Below, in pieces: positions 32,601 through 41,600 of a DNA stretch of 64,000 bases (the first letter of the stretch is position 1; each line of letters begins with the position of its first letter). The position numbers were made by a program, and so were the translations under genes. The notes beneath the pieces are model-generated. The model had not been told where the DNA came from. It was given only the letters and a program-made list of their open reading frames with translations, and searched no databases. Location of the stretch: positions 45,507-109,506 of the forward strand of contig JAZRYL010000042.1 in NCBI GenBank assembly GCA_045600705.1, given 5' to 3'. The stretch comes from Clostridia bacterium. Lineage in GTDB: Bacteria; Bacillota; Clostridia; Christensenellales; QALW01.

Positions 32601-32639
32601 AATCAGAATACTCAAAAATTTAGTATGTGTTTTTTTCAT
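26649..32639 (-). CDS. Giant secreted multidomain carbohydrate-active protein (1996 aa): two N-terminal CBM-like domains, a DUF4038/GH140-like TIM-barrel domain, Cys-rich modules, and four tandem C-terminal domains of about 170 aa.
   Basis: Signal peptide MKKTHTKFLSILISLTMILSVFPMLALNVSA. Central domain with FFYLGDTHW, WTLGQEVDN (clan-A acid/base-like) and VLYEGKY motifs. Repeated Cys modules (ALGHDF..PATC..G.....CTRC). Four repeats of the ...NYNWG(F/Y)(L/Y)AYP...TRIPNT... domain. Confidence 0.6.
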   Translation of the reverse strand: MKKTHTKFLSILISLTMILSVFPMLALNVSATENSLICRAGNIIPDKASNFDSAVSPIDAGWGNHYGSPNMSVVDLGNPGKCLKVVKPASGGSYASAALNLAPYIDHPGTYTLLFDYSVTSSSECQPFTVLIRTDKQYSFARLYGDNYYGELSQAKFGSSGVWYTYTATLTFTEADFASKNKWDLCLHQIHNSVSEIYIDNVKVIASESANIIPESSSSFDNVSNVNDTMWTESFGSVTTAISADGKDGNCFKFTKNSGSSYSFHTAAINIKTRIDRAGTYKISFDYKANNTTAEQPFSCVIRTDKQYSFCNFTNYRGLKGAGTKAGNQWYSYEDTFTVSDADVNASGWWKFGFHMIAADVTNIKIDNFRIILIDDGSDYAHEVGRASTWTLNEAVFVAKNTYSNPYKDVTLDLVLTNGTVTYTVPAFWDGSNIWRARFVCTEPGTWTYYTDCSNTLDGGLHNQTGTVICTPYAGTLDIYRHGFVKTGSTKYFTYADGTPFFYLGDTHWGMGSEPVSNIKTVVKKRVQQNFTVIQSEPIGAGFNAKNGITQEDIDGFHVNDEKFDIIASYGLCHSNAEFFFPSDMKSFINNNGGWSNTPVGTANENHSNVTVYDLSDSAKEALDLISRYWVARYGAYPVFWTLGQEVDNDFYWDRSEYNSHMEWSYVNNPYVYVAERIAHHDAYSHPLTAHQEYSGSTAASDSAFRDCSAHTWYASQWSQSYNVKINQTAPMDYWQNGQGKPVVLYEGKYCYLWTKNFGARVQGWMAYLSGMYGAAWGGQDTWCYLSSYGEDEDSTDGVDIITAADKVAATWESSLEYPSTYQLGYLHEFMSNLVGNWYDLVPRFDYTEYFTPENNGVFPICASANDSSKAVVYFYNFSDTTIARTPNATPENAVKTGVLGHLTANASYNYIWFNPVTGQIDSAGSFTASSSGTWNVTEKETCDMALYVCRANASCAHSNTVIFGSMNSTCARRGHGAYTYCADCNSIISGSLTASPLLPHQGGANATCTAPQVCRNCHAIINDALGHDFENSSVPATCTEAGKVDHICTRCRIVETDNISALNHAETETVRISVNGAYYYVVTNAGADKLTPFKTMSMSGDSKQVSFYLFNDTDKTITTFSLGYRWGYYAYPANGTLTRIPNTCWNGSLAPHNGIQVTLTVPKNCIMSNKSGYLTDGSTDSNGEIVSYEDLGLRIMFGGGNATGNVYITCINSDGVEAGNINACLSKTACFNDEPVALLQNTAVPNYVNDGLTACGFSKIGLFEHDCMHKGHSSNLCVHCSAEMTQTALEDYGAHTPGAEATCLTAQVCEICGQTMHSALGHDFVLTSTAPATCEAEGTKYFACTRCNATKTERIASLGHNDKVTSYIAPTCDADGFEISACTRCGRITSDTIVPALSHKSFETVGFNDINGSYLVTRPGVEYSPFKFVDMGDENEKEIHLYLYNGTNKKLTSVTLNYNWGFYAYPDADNLTRIPNTAKSLELMPGQGIEITLTLPRQAIYSNLRNNATDGSSDSLGQLIDYHSVGLRFMFDGAVNDGTLYVSGLNEATLNYALSQAGANGGRHVNASLISNKLSVPEDLVQELERIGYIGTRSIADCIDGFRYGDKCVHCEGVTENIVSLPATGHHNVDVAKITLAGTRNYVVSKSGSSRVTPFKFSDMGNEDSKLYRFLVYNDTNATLTGATLCYNWGYLAYPSADQLVRISGTYSSERILPGEYAVIELTVPKMCYFSNQPGQLTQGAYDSLGEQISYKDFGIKFGFSNTADGSLYVTCLNDPAVTVGLSATGSMSAQDTFENVTRATLLPENLQSIIDYNDAQCLFCENTACARYTLAGQNLYIVSTSGANASSLPFSDLVFEDGETEKEVQLLIKNNTTATVTWVSLNYNWGHVAYADENLTPITSARCNVNLAPGEETVITLTVPRECYFSNLVGSLTAGAYDSLGEKVSYDTMGIRYMFAGTTFSGTMSVSCLNDETVTANLAGCAYKTASTVEYTAD

Positions 32640-32682
32640 AACGATACATCTCTTTCCTTATTTTTCTTTTGGCTTCGAAAAC

Positions 32683-32711
32683 ATTATAGCATACCGCTTT
32701 TTCAATTTCAA
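32683..32711 (-). promoter_or_regulatory. Sigma-A-type promoter for the giant gene at 26649..32639.
   Basis: Read on the minus strand: TTGAAA, a 17-nt spacer, then TGcTATAAT (extended -10), about 40 nt upstream of the ATG. RBS aaggaaagag. Confidence 0.45.
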
Positions 32712-33030
32712 GAGGAAATTTAATTATTTGTTAAATATTTGTACATAATTTCAAAACACCGAAAAGTGCGGTGATTACTGCGTTTTCGTGAATTCGGGAC
32801 AAAAAATATTCTTATTATAATATAGTAATGAAGCGATTATTCGGTGAGAAAATGAAAATTTGGTATTGACAAACGGTTCATTTTATGCAATCATAAAAAT
32901 GCAGGGGAAAGTGGCTCTTATGACATTTTCCGTACGCATAACGGTATGAATCAGAAACTAATCAAATTTGCAAAAAAAGTTGTGTCTTTATTACTTTATT
33001 CGTATTTTCATCATTTGCGGGGAATAGACT

Positions 33031-34707
33031 ATGAACGATTACAAAAGAACTGTTCTCATAGTGGACGATAACGAGTTTAACCGTGATTTTTTAACAGAAT
33101 TACTTTCAGATGAGTATTTTGTTCTTAAAGCGGAAAACGGTCAAGTCGCTTTTGATTTGCTGAAAAGCGACGACGGAATGATTTCTGCGGTTTTGCTCGA
33201 TATGCACATGCCGGTTATGGACGGAGCGACGTTTCTCGACGCCGCCGGCAAGGATGCCAAAATTTCCAAGATACCCGTAATAATAATGACCACATCAGAC
33301 GATATTAAAACTGAAGTAAGTTGGCTTAACAAAGGCGCAGTGGACTTTATTCCCAAGCCGTTTCATCCCGATGCGGTAAAAGCACGACTTAAAAATGCCA
33401 TCAATCTCCGTGAATCGGTGGCAATGCTTTCCGCCACGGAATTTGACGAACTCACGGGTTTTTACACCCGAGGCGCATTCTTGAAGCACGCAGAAATTCT
33501 GCTGCAAAAGCGGCCGGACGTTCGTTTTGACCTTGTGACCGCAACTATATTCGACTTTGACCAGATCAGTTACAAATACGGCTCGGACATGGCGACTGAG
33601 GTGGTTCGCTGCATCGGTCAGAACGTGCTTGAAGGAGACACTGAGTATTGCATTACGGGAAGATTCGATAACGAACAGTTTGCTGCACTGATTCAGGTGG
33701 ATGCCGACGGAGCAGACGGCATGGAACAAATCAAAAAGACACAAATTGCGATAGAAACTAACTCGCCGGTGAAGGACGTTAAACTTAAATATGCGATATA
33801 CGAAAACGTTGAGCATAACATTCCCGTCTACGTTTTGTGCAGCCGTGCGTTCAATGCGCTTCAGCAAATCAGACACAGTTACGGCGTGACCTGTGCCAAG
33901 TATTCGCCGGAAGTCCAAAAAGAAATAGACATTCTTAACGAATTGGAAGACGGCATGGTCAAAGCACTTGAAGAAAAGCAGTTTGAAGTGTATTATCAGC
34001 CGAAATTCTACGTTGCGGACGGAAAAGACCGCATTGCGGGTGCGGAAGCGCTTGTCAGATGGGTGCATCCTGACAAGGGATTTATCAAGCCGGACGTGTT
34101 TATCGGTATGTTCGAAAAAAACGGATTTATCAGCAAACTTGACAGATATATGCTTGAAAACGTTTGCCGTGACATTAAGGAATGGCGTGAACAGGGTATT
34201 CCCGTGTTTCCCGTTTCGGTTAATTTGTCCCGTGTTGACTTTTCAATAGCCGACCTTGCTCAGCGTGCCGAGGAAATAGTGGATTCTTATGGAATTCCTC
34301 ACGAACTTATCCATTTTGAAGTTACCGAATCTGCATTTACCAAGCATGACGGTTTGCTGAAAACGATAATTCATCAGTTACATTCGGCAGGCTTTTCCAT
34401 TGAACTTGACGATTTCGGAACGGGATATTCTTCGCTTTCGTCGTTGCAGAGCCTTGACCTTGACATGGTAAAACTCGATATGAGCCTTATTCGTGAGGAC
34501 GACCCGAATTCCGGCAAAAGCGTGCTTGAATTGGCACATAACATTGTGAATATGATGAAAATGAAAACAGTTCAGGAGGGCGTGGAAACACAAAGCGAAC
34601 TTGAACGTGTTCGAGATTTGGGGTGTGCGTTCGTGCAGGGATTTTATTTTTCCAAGCCCCTTTGCAAAAAAGATTTTGTTACATTTATTAAAAATATGAA
34701 AGTATAA
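33031..34707 (+). CDS. Response-regulator c-di-GMP phosphodiesterase: REC, degenerate GGDEF, and EAL domains.
   Basis: REC (VLIVDDNEF...LLDMHMPVMDG); a GGDEF-like region with RFDNEQF in place of GGDEF; an EAL domain with YYQPKF, EALVRW, DDFGTGYSS and KLDMSLI motifs. Confidence 0.8.
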   Translation: MNDYKRTVLIVDDNEFNRDFLTELLSDEYFVLKAENGQVAFDLLKSDDGMISAVLLDMHMPVMDGATFLDAAGKDAKISKIPVIIMTTSDDIKTEVSWLNKGAVDFIPKPFHPDAVKARLKNAINLRESVAMLSATEFDELTGFYTRGAFLKHAEILLQKRPDVRFDLVTATIFDFDQISYKYGSDMATEVVRCIGQNVLEGDTEYCITGRFDNEQFAALIQVDADGADGMEQIKKTQIAIETNSPVKDVKLKYAIYENVEHNIPVYVLCSRAFNALQQIRHSYGVTCAKYSPEVQKEIDILNELEDGMVKALEEKQFEVYYQPKFYVADGKDRIAGAEALVRWVHPDKGFIKPDVFIGMFEKNGFISKLDRYMLENVCRDIKEWREQGIPVFPVSVNLSRVDFSIADLAQRAEEIVDSYGIPHELIHFEVTESAFTKHDGLLKTIIHQLHSAGFSIELDDFGTGYSSLSSLQSLDLDMVKLDMSLIREDDPNSGKSVLELAHNIVNMMKMKTVQEGVETQSELERVRDLGCAFVQGFYFSKPLCKKDFVTFIKNMKV

Positions 34708-34779
34708 CGAAAATCATTCGATTTTCAAACTTGACCGCCAAAGGCATTTTGTTCTGTATAATATGGGGGAAATATATAT

Positions 34780-35127
34780 ATGGACGTTAAAAAGTTTTAC
34801 GATAGTATAGGCGGAGATTACGACAATGCAAAATCACGTCTGACCAGCGATGAACAACTCGAAAAATTCCTTAAAAGGTTTCCTGCTTACGTTGATATTG
34901 AGGGACTTACAACAGCGGTGAACAATAAGGATTACCGCACCGTATTCGACATAACGCATACGGTTAGGGGAATGTGTCTTAATTTGGAACTGACTCCGCT
35001 GACGAAAAGCAGTTCGGCGCTTTGCGAATCCGTTCGCAACGGTGCGCCTGCGGAAGACATTCAGCCGCTGCTTGAAAAATTCAGAAAAAATTTCGACAAG
35101 GTAAAACAGTGCCTGCAAAACGGTTAG
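34780..35127 (+). CDS. Putative Hpt (histidine phosphotransfer) domain protein.
   Basis: The 115-aa helical protein has HTVRGMCLNLEL, which resembles the Hpt motif HxxKGxxxNLG. It sits immediately downstream of the REC-EAL gene. Confidence 0.4.
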   Translation: MDVKKFYDSIGGDYDNAKSRLTSDEQLEKFLKRFPAYVDIEGLTTAVNNKDYRTVFDITHTVRGMCLNLELTPLTKSSSALCESVRNGAPAEDIQPLLEKFRKNFDKVKQCLQNG

Positions 35128-35164
35128 GAACTGTAAAAAGTTACTTGTTATAATTGAACAGCCA

Positions 35165-35209
35165 TAAAAAAGCCTCGAAAGTGTATTAACTTTCGAGGCT
35201 TTTTTTTAT
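35165..35209. terminator. Bidirectional rho-independent terminator.
   Basis: aaaaaagcctcgaaag...ctttcgaggcttttttttt. Confidence 0.75.
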
Positions 35210-35243
35210 AAGTTGTATTTTTGTTACTTAAATATGCAGTTGC

Positions 35244-35789
35244 TTAATTTTCAAGACCTGCTTCTTTGTGTTCTTCAAAGCGGGCGGTGTATGAAAAAGC
35301 AAGGGCGGTGAAAATAATCAGAGGCATAATAATTTTGATTGCGATAAGCAAATTATGACTGCTTGCGCAAATGAATTCAACGGTCTGTCCGGCAATAAGA
35401 AGCGCACCTGAAATTATCAAAAGAATTATGTTCTTTTCGATTTTGTTCAGTCTGCCTGCAATATATGAAGCGTTAATTGCCGCAACCATGCTGAGAAAAC
35501 CGTTGACGTCGTTATATGTAGTGAGTGCAACAGTGCCCAAAAATCCGGCAAAAATGAAAAATATCGCTCTTAACATATTTCCGTGAGGCTTTTTATAACC
35601 CATCAGCGTATAGAAAAATGTAGCAATAATAATAACAATTCTGAGAGAAATCAATGTAATTGCCAAGGGATTGGGATTATTCAAACTAACCAAACTCATA
35701 ATTTCGCCGATCAGTGCGATAACACAAAGCACCGCAGAAGCAATCAGTCCGATTTTTGTTCCCTTTTTCAAATTTTTGTAACTATCCAT
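35244..35789 (-). CDS. Small polytopic membrane protein, unknown function.
   Basis: The 181-aa product has about 5 hydrophobic helices; terminator downstream. Confidence 0.45.
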   Translation of the reverse strand: MDSYKNLKKGTKIGLIASAVLCVIALIGEIMSLVSLNNPNPLAITLISLRIVIIIATFFYTLMGYKKPHGNMLRAIFFIFAGFLGTVALTTYNDVNGFLSMVAAINASYIAGRLNKIEKNIILLIISGALLIAGQTVEFICASSHNLLIAIKIIMPLIIFTALAFSYTARFEEHKEAGLEN

Positions 35790-35824
35790 AAAGTATAATC
35801 CTTTTATTGATTTGTTTTTTTCGA

Positions 35825-37471
35825 TTATTGAATAATAATGCGTTCACCCGCTGTGCGATATGCGGAAAAATCATTATTCAATGAAATAATATAATTTGCA
35901 ATAACCTGATAATCGGGAGCGATTTCGTCCAATAACGCAGGATGATCTTTCAGCAAAATTGTCATACCGCTGCCGCCATTTTTTAAGATGTAATTGGTGC
36001 ACGCCATTGTGTAGTTCTCTTGCGGATCAAGCGGAACGTATTCTCCGTTCTTGAGTATTTGCACGTCGGAAACTCGACGTGTTTCGCCAATACCGATGAG
36101 CGCATCACTGTCATCCTTTTTAACTGAAGAAGCAATATCGGTGTGCACGGTACATTTCAAACCCGAAAATTGTCCGAAACTTCCGTTTTCACCTATGGCA
36201 AGTCCGTTCTTAGAATAATCCGCTTTGACTTTTTCGTAAAAATATTCAAGCATATCCAAAACTTCCTGCCCGCTGACCTCGGTCATACAAATCATATTTC
36301 CGTAGGGGGAGATGTTAATTATGTCGCCGTACGTAATGTCGCCTGCAAGAAGATCGGCACGAATTCCGCCGCCGTTGATATAAGCAAAATCTGCGTCGGT
36401 TACGGCACGGTACGAGTCGGAAATTAAATCGCCCAAAGCGATTTCGCGTGAACGCACTAAACGAATTCCGTTTTCGTCAGTGGTTTTTATATCAAAATCC
36501 AATTTTGCTATGCTCTCACTCATCATGTTATCTACTGCTGCGGTGATTTCGGCAAGGCGGGCATCGGTATCGGGATCTTTTTTCTCATAATCGGAAATGT
36601 AACCCACCGAAATATATCCGTCGGTGGAAATTACAAGTTGACCTATATGCGTGAGTTTTGTTCCCGTCTGTGCAATAATAACGTCTTCTCCGAGTTCGTT
36701 CTGCTCAATACGGCTCGGAATTTCGGAATGAGAATGTCCGTCAAGAATTACATCTACGCCTTGAGTGTTCTGCGCAATGGCGTAGGAAGTGAAAGGCATG
36801 GAATTTTCATCTACGCCCATGTGCATCATCAAAATGACGTAATCGGCGCCCTGAGCACGGCAGGCATCTACGTTTTCCTGCACCGTGGAATATAACGCTT
36901 CGCCGTCGGTTCCGCAGAAATCGTAAACGTTGTTTCCGTTTTCCTGAAAATAAGCCGGCGCTGATGAAGACTTGCTTTCGGGTGTGGATATGCCCACAAA
37001 ACCGACTTTCACATAGCCGAAATCACGGATATCGTACGGCTTTGTGTATTCCAACGGAGTTTTGCCGCTGCCGGTGTACGTCACGTTGCAACACAGATAT
37101 GTTGCATTTGCTTTCTGTACAAGCTTGGTAAGTTGCTCCATTCCGTAATCGAATTCATGATTGCCGAATACGGCGTAGTCATAGCCGATGATATTCATTG
37201 CGTCGATCGCTGATTCTCCGGCGGAAATAGCCGTTTGATACGTGCCTTGCAACGCATCACCGCAGTCAACGGTCACAACGTTGGGCGTACGTGTTAAAAC
37301 GGATTTCTTGTAAGCGGCAAGGCCGGAATAACCGATATTGTCGTTTATAGCACCGTGAACGTCATTGGTGAAAAGAACGACCACATCCTGCTTTGCGGTT
37401 TTTGTACCTGTGCAGGCGGTAAATGACAGTAAAACTGACAGAATCAGAATAAATGAAAATATTTTTTTCAT
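35825..37471 (-). CDS. Bifunctional metallophosphatase / 5'-nucleotidase (UshA-like) lipoprotein.
   Basis: Start moved to the ATG at 37469-37471 (RBS aaggaag), giving MKKIFSFILILSVLLSFTAC (lipobox). Motifs LFTNDVHG, DCGDALQG, GNHEFDYG and GHSH are typical of the calcineurin-like 5'-nucleotidase N-terminus, with a 5'-nucleotidase C-terminal domain. Confidence 0.8.
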   Translation of the reverse strand: MKKIFSFILILSVLLSFTACTGTKTAKQDVVVLFTNDVHGAINDNIGYSGLAAYKKSVLTRTPNVVTVDCGDALQGTYQTAISAGESAIDAMNIIGYDYAVFGNHEFDYGMEQLTKLVQKANATYLCCNVTYTGSGKTPLEYTKPYDIRDFGYVKVGFVGISTPESKSSSAPAYFQENGNNVYDFCGTDGEALYSTVQENVDACRAQGADYVILMMHMGVDENSMPFTSYAIAQNTQGVDVILDGHSHSEIPSRIEQNELGEDVIIAQTGTKLTHIGQLVISTDGYISVGYISDYEKKDPDTDARLAEITAAVDNMMSESIAKLDFDIKTTDENGIRLVRSREIALGDLISDSYRAVTDADFAYINGGGIRADLLAGDITYGDIINISPYGNMICMTEVSGQEVLDMLEYFYEKVKADYSKNGLAIGENGSFGQFSGLKCTVHTDIASSVKKDDSDALIGIGETRRVSDVQILKNGEYVPLDPQENYTMACTNYILKNGGSGMTILLKDHPALLDEIAPDYQVIANYIISLNNDFSAYRTAGERIIIQ

Positions 37472-37664
37472 AAAACTTCCTTTTGCAGACGAATATTGGT
37501 TTTGTCGGTACGGCATTCGCTGCAAACATTACTTTGACTTGAAAAGTGGAAGCACCACTCGGAAAATATAAACCGACATCGCAAAATATTATATCATATC
37601 CGCACCGAAAATGCAAAATCTTTTAGTGTAGAAGATGTGATGATGAAGCAAAGTTGCCCAGCGG

Positions 37665-38486
37665 TTATATGGGCTTTTTGCTTTTGCGGTATTCACTCGG
37701 AGTTTTGCCGGTAATGCTCTTAAAAAGTCTTCGGAAATATATTGCCGATTCAAAGCCGTAAGTATATGCTATATCCTCTATTTTTTCATTCGGCTCGCTG
37801 ACAAGAGTGTTCATTGCGTGACGGATACGAATTTTGTTTTTATAATCAATCGGCGTCATTCCCGTTTCATTCTTGAAAGCCGTGAAGAAGCGAACCTCAC
37901 TCATATAGCAAAGCGACGCAAGATATTTTACGGAAACTTTTTTATCAAAATTCATTTCCAAATAGTCGAGCGCAGGCTGAATTGTGGTGCTTTCCGAAAT
38001 TTCGGTATATTTAAGTTGTGAAAAGGTGTCCGCACAAAGCGAATAAAACGTACTCACGAAAGAAAACGATTCCGAGTTTGTGTCATTCTGATGCTCGTAA
38101 ATGTACTTCATTTTCGCTTCCGAGTCCGCATTTCCCTTTAATATTTGGATATGTATTAACTTGTTTTTCAAAGGGTCGTAGCGCCAATCAAAGTCAAAAT
38201 GTGCCGTGATTGACTCTATTATTCCTTTTCCGTGCCACCGATACCGGTATGTGCACCCTTTCGGGATAAACGCAAAATTTCCCGCATACGCCGTAACAAA
38301 ATTTCCGTTTTCTTCAAAATCGACTTGACCGCTTATTACGTAAGACAGATTGTGGCTCGGTCGTGGAGTTGTTGAAAAATCATCGCTGACTTCATCTTTA
38401 TATTCATACGAATCTGTAACAAAATACTTCAGCCCCTGCTTCGGACAGTACATAATCAGTTTCCTTTCTTTAGTGCAACAATACAA
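37665..38486 (-). CDS. AraC-family transcriptional regulator (cupin sensor plus HTH_AraC).
   Basis: The C-terminus has two HTH motifs of the AraC type (...LASLCYMSEVRFFTAFKNETGMTPIDYKNKIRIRHA...). The N-terminal half is cupin-like. The start may be the internal ATG at 38453. Confidence 0.75.
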   Translation of the reverse strand: MYCCTKERKLIMYCPKQGLKYFVTDSYEYKDEVSDDFSTTPRPSHNLSYVISGQVDFEENGNFVTAYAGNFAFIPKGCTYRYRWHGKGIIESITAHFDFDWRYDPLKNKLIHIQILKGNADSEAKMKYIYEHQNDTNSESFSFVSTFYSLCADTFSQLKYTEISESTTIQPALDYLEMNFDKKVSVKYLASLCYMSEVRFFTAFKNETGMTPIDYKNKIRIRHAMNTLVSEPNEKIEDIAYTYGFESAIYFRRLFKSITGKTPSEYRKSKKPI

Positions 38487-38638
38487 ATCCTACGGACTTT
38501 AATATATTGTTACGTTAGAATAAGTTTCATTTATTGTATTATAAGTTATTGTATATGTTACGTCAATATGATATTATAAGCTTGTGAAAATTTGTAATTC
38601 ATAAATTGATGCAAAAGCAATAAAAAAGGAGAAGAGAT

Positions 38639-41600
38639 ATGAAAAAAACACGTTTTTTAATTGCATTGATGCTGATTTTAGCATTAGTCGTATCATGCTT
38701 GCAGGTCGTTTCGGTGCCTGCCCTTGCAAAGAGCGATTACGTTGCATTTTCAATTACAAACGGAAATCAGTATTATCATCTAATAAAGAATATTTTTTCG
38801 TTTGAAAATCGAAAAAGCGAAACGTTTGAAAGAAAATATAATGTTTATAATCCCACCGACCACGATGTTTGGGTACAGTTTGAGGTAATAGACCTCGCAA
38901 CGTGGGGACCCACCGCAAAAAGCGGTGAAATACTTGTTGCGGCAGGAGGATCAACAGAAATTTCCACCGGCAACATTACGGTTGACGGAAGCGGAAAAAT
39001 CACCTGCTCAACACAAGCGGGCAACGTAACACAAATAGCCGTTACTGCGGCAACGCTTCGTGTTAACATTCTCGGCAGTGCCGGACCTACAAAGTTCGAC
39101 AATCAGTTAGCTGAGGGCGAAAAAATATATTTTGAACCCTTGGACCAGGCAGAGCTTTCGTGGTACAACAACGGCACAACGACGGATGCCACCTTGTATT
39201 CAAGCTCGTCTAATGCGGCTTTTGAAACACGTCTTCCCGAAGTTGGAAAATACATCGGTTGGAAAATTTCCGGCGCTACTAAGTGCTATCACATAATGAA
39301 CGAAACGTTCTCATTTGAAACGGACAGAGCAGGCACAACCTTTGTACGTTCGTACGACATATATAACTTATCCGACAGCGAAATTCACGTTATGGTTGAA
39401 TTGGACGGCAGTTGGAAAGAATATGCAATGGGTACTCAAGTAACTATTCCTGCCGGCGGTCACGAAGAGGTTTCCACAAAGAATATTGTTGTTGATGCAG
39501 ACGGAAAAATTCTTGATTATAACGGAGCAAACCCCATTCCGCTGACAAATGCAAGAATAAGATTTAATATAGGACACACAAGTGCGTACGACGGTTATGA
39601 AAATACCGACTGCTATATTGTTGCCAAAGATGAAAGAGAAATCGCATGGCTGCAGGATAACGAACCTTCGGGCAGTCTTATGGGTGCAACCATAGAAAGG
39701 GTTAAAAAGGCAGATTTGGAAAATGATTTCCCCGAACTTGCAGAGTTTATCGGTTGGAAGCTTTCCGGCGCTACTCAGTATTATCACATGATAAACGGAA
39801 CGTTCTCCTTTGAAACGGACAGAGCCGATTCAACCTTTGTACGTACTTACGATGTGTACAATTTGTCAGACAGAGAAATCTATGTTCAAGCCGAATTGGA
39901 CGGCAGTTGGAAAGAGTATGCAATAGGAACTCGAGTAACTATTCCTGCCGGCGGTCACGACGCAGTTTCCACAAAGAATATTGTTGTTGACGCAGACGGA
40001 AAAATTCTTGATAATAACGGAGCAAATCCCATTCCGCTGACAAGTGCAAGAATAAGATTTAATATAGGACACACAAGTTCGTTCGGCGATTTTGCCGATG
40101 CTGACTGCTATATTCTTCCGAGAGATGAAGAAGAACTTGCATGGCTGCAGGATAACGAACCTGCGGGCAACCTCGGCGCAACCGTAAAGAAAATAAAGAT
40201 GTCAGATATCGGCGGAAACGGCGGACTTCTTATGAAGCAAACGATTGATTTTTCCGACCCCAACCTTATGATATCGGGACGTTACACGGAAAATGCAGAC
40301 GGTTCAAGAACAATTGGCTTTGAGCCGTACACGGAATTGAACTTTACGGGAACTTCCGTTTCGGTAAACGGTTCGGGAAGCTGCTATCTTGAAATAGACG
40401 GCGTTCCCTATAAGGTAAACGGACAGTACAAATGTATTGCACTTTCTTCCAATAAAGGCCTTGCGGAAAATCTTCCCGAGGGCAACCACTGTGTAAGACT
40501 TTACGCATTCTCACAGCGCTGCAACTATACGATAAAAGAATTCTATATTGACCTTAATGCACAGACTCTGCCCCCGGAATACAATAAGACTATCGAATTT
40601 ATCGGTTCGTCCTCGCTTGTTGCGTACACCGATGCACGTGATCCTCACGAAGAATACGATACAAACACAAGTTATATGATTTCTTTTGCATACCAGACGG
40701 GCAAGATGCTTCAGAATGACGGTTTCCGCTTTAATACCGTCGCATACGGCGGAAGCGGTGTTGTATATCATTCATCTGCAAACGGCGCTTCAGCAGACGG
40801 AGATAAGGACTATCTCACCATGCAGGACCGTTACAAATTAGTGCATGAATATTTGGGCGGAAAGGGCAATCCCGAACCGACACCTGTAGCCGCTTGGGAT
40901 CACTCAAAATACGTTCCCGATTATATTGCTCTCTATCTTGGCGCAAATGATTTGGGACAGGGCTTGGACGTATTCAAAACAAATTACAAGGGCTTTATTG
41001 ATCAGCTTTTGGGATATTATCCCGATGCGGTTATAATTGCAATGGCTCCGTATAATTCCAACGAAAGCTATGCAAAGGCATTGGAAAGCGTTGTAAATGA
41101 ATATCACAGTATGCAGGTAAGATATGTAAATACCTTGAATTGGGGCGTAAGTGCAAGTCCCACCGACGGCATGCATGCCGTTGCGGCAGACCATGTAGTG
41201 CTTGCACAAAAGCTTTACCCCGAATTGCAGAAAATATGCCTCACGGATACTTTTGAATTTGATTCCAAAAATCTTGCTCTTGAAAATAGTCTTACGTTCC
41301 GTTTCAAAGGATTCCTGCACGATAAAACTCCGGCAGATGATGCTTATATGGAATTCAAAATCGGCGATGTTCGCACGGAAAACATTCCTCTTTCAAAGGC
41401 AACTACCGATGAAAAGGGCAGATACGTATTTAATTGTCACGTAAACGTTCTTGAGCTTGACGAAAAGATAGAACCGATCTTCCACGACGGCGAAAAGACC
41501 GTTGAAAGACAAAATCCGGTTTCGGTAACAGATTATCTTGAGCAGGTTCTTGCAAACCATAAAGGCGGAACGGCAGAAGATATAAAGAACGTCAACATTG

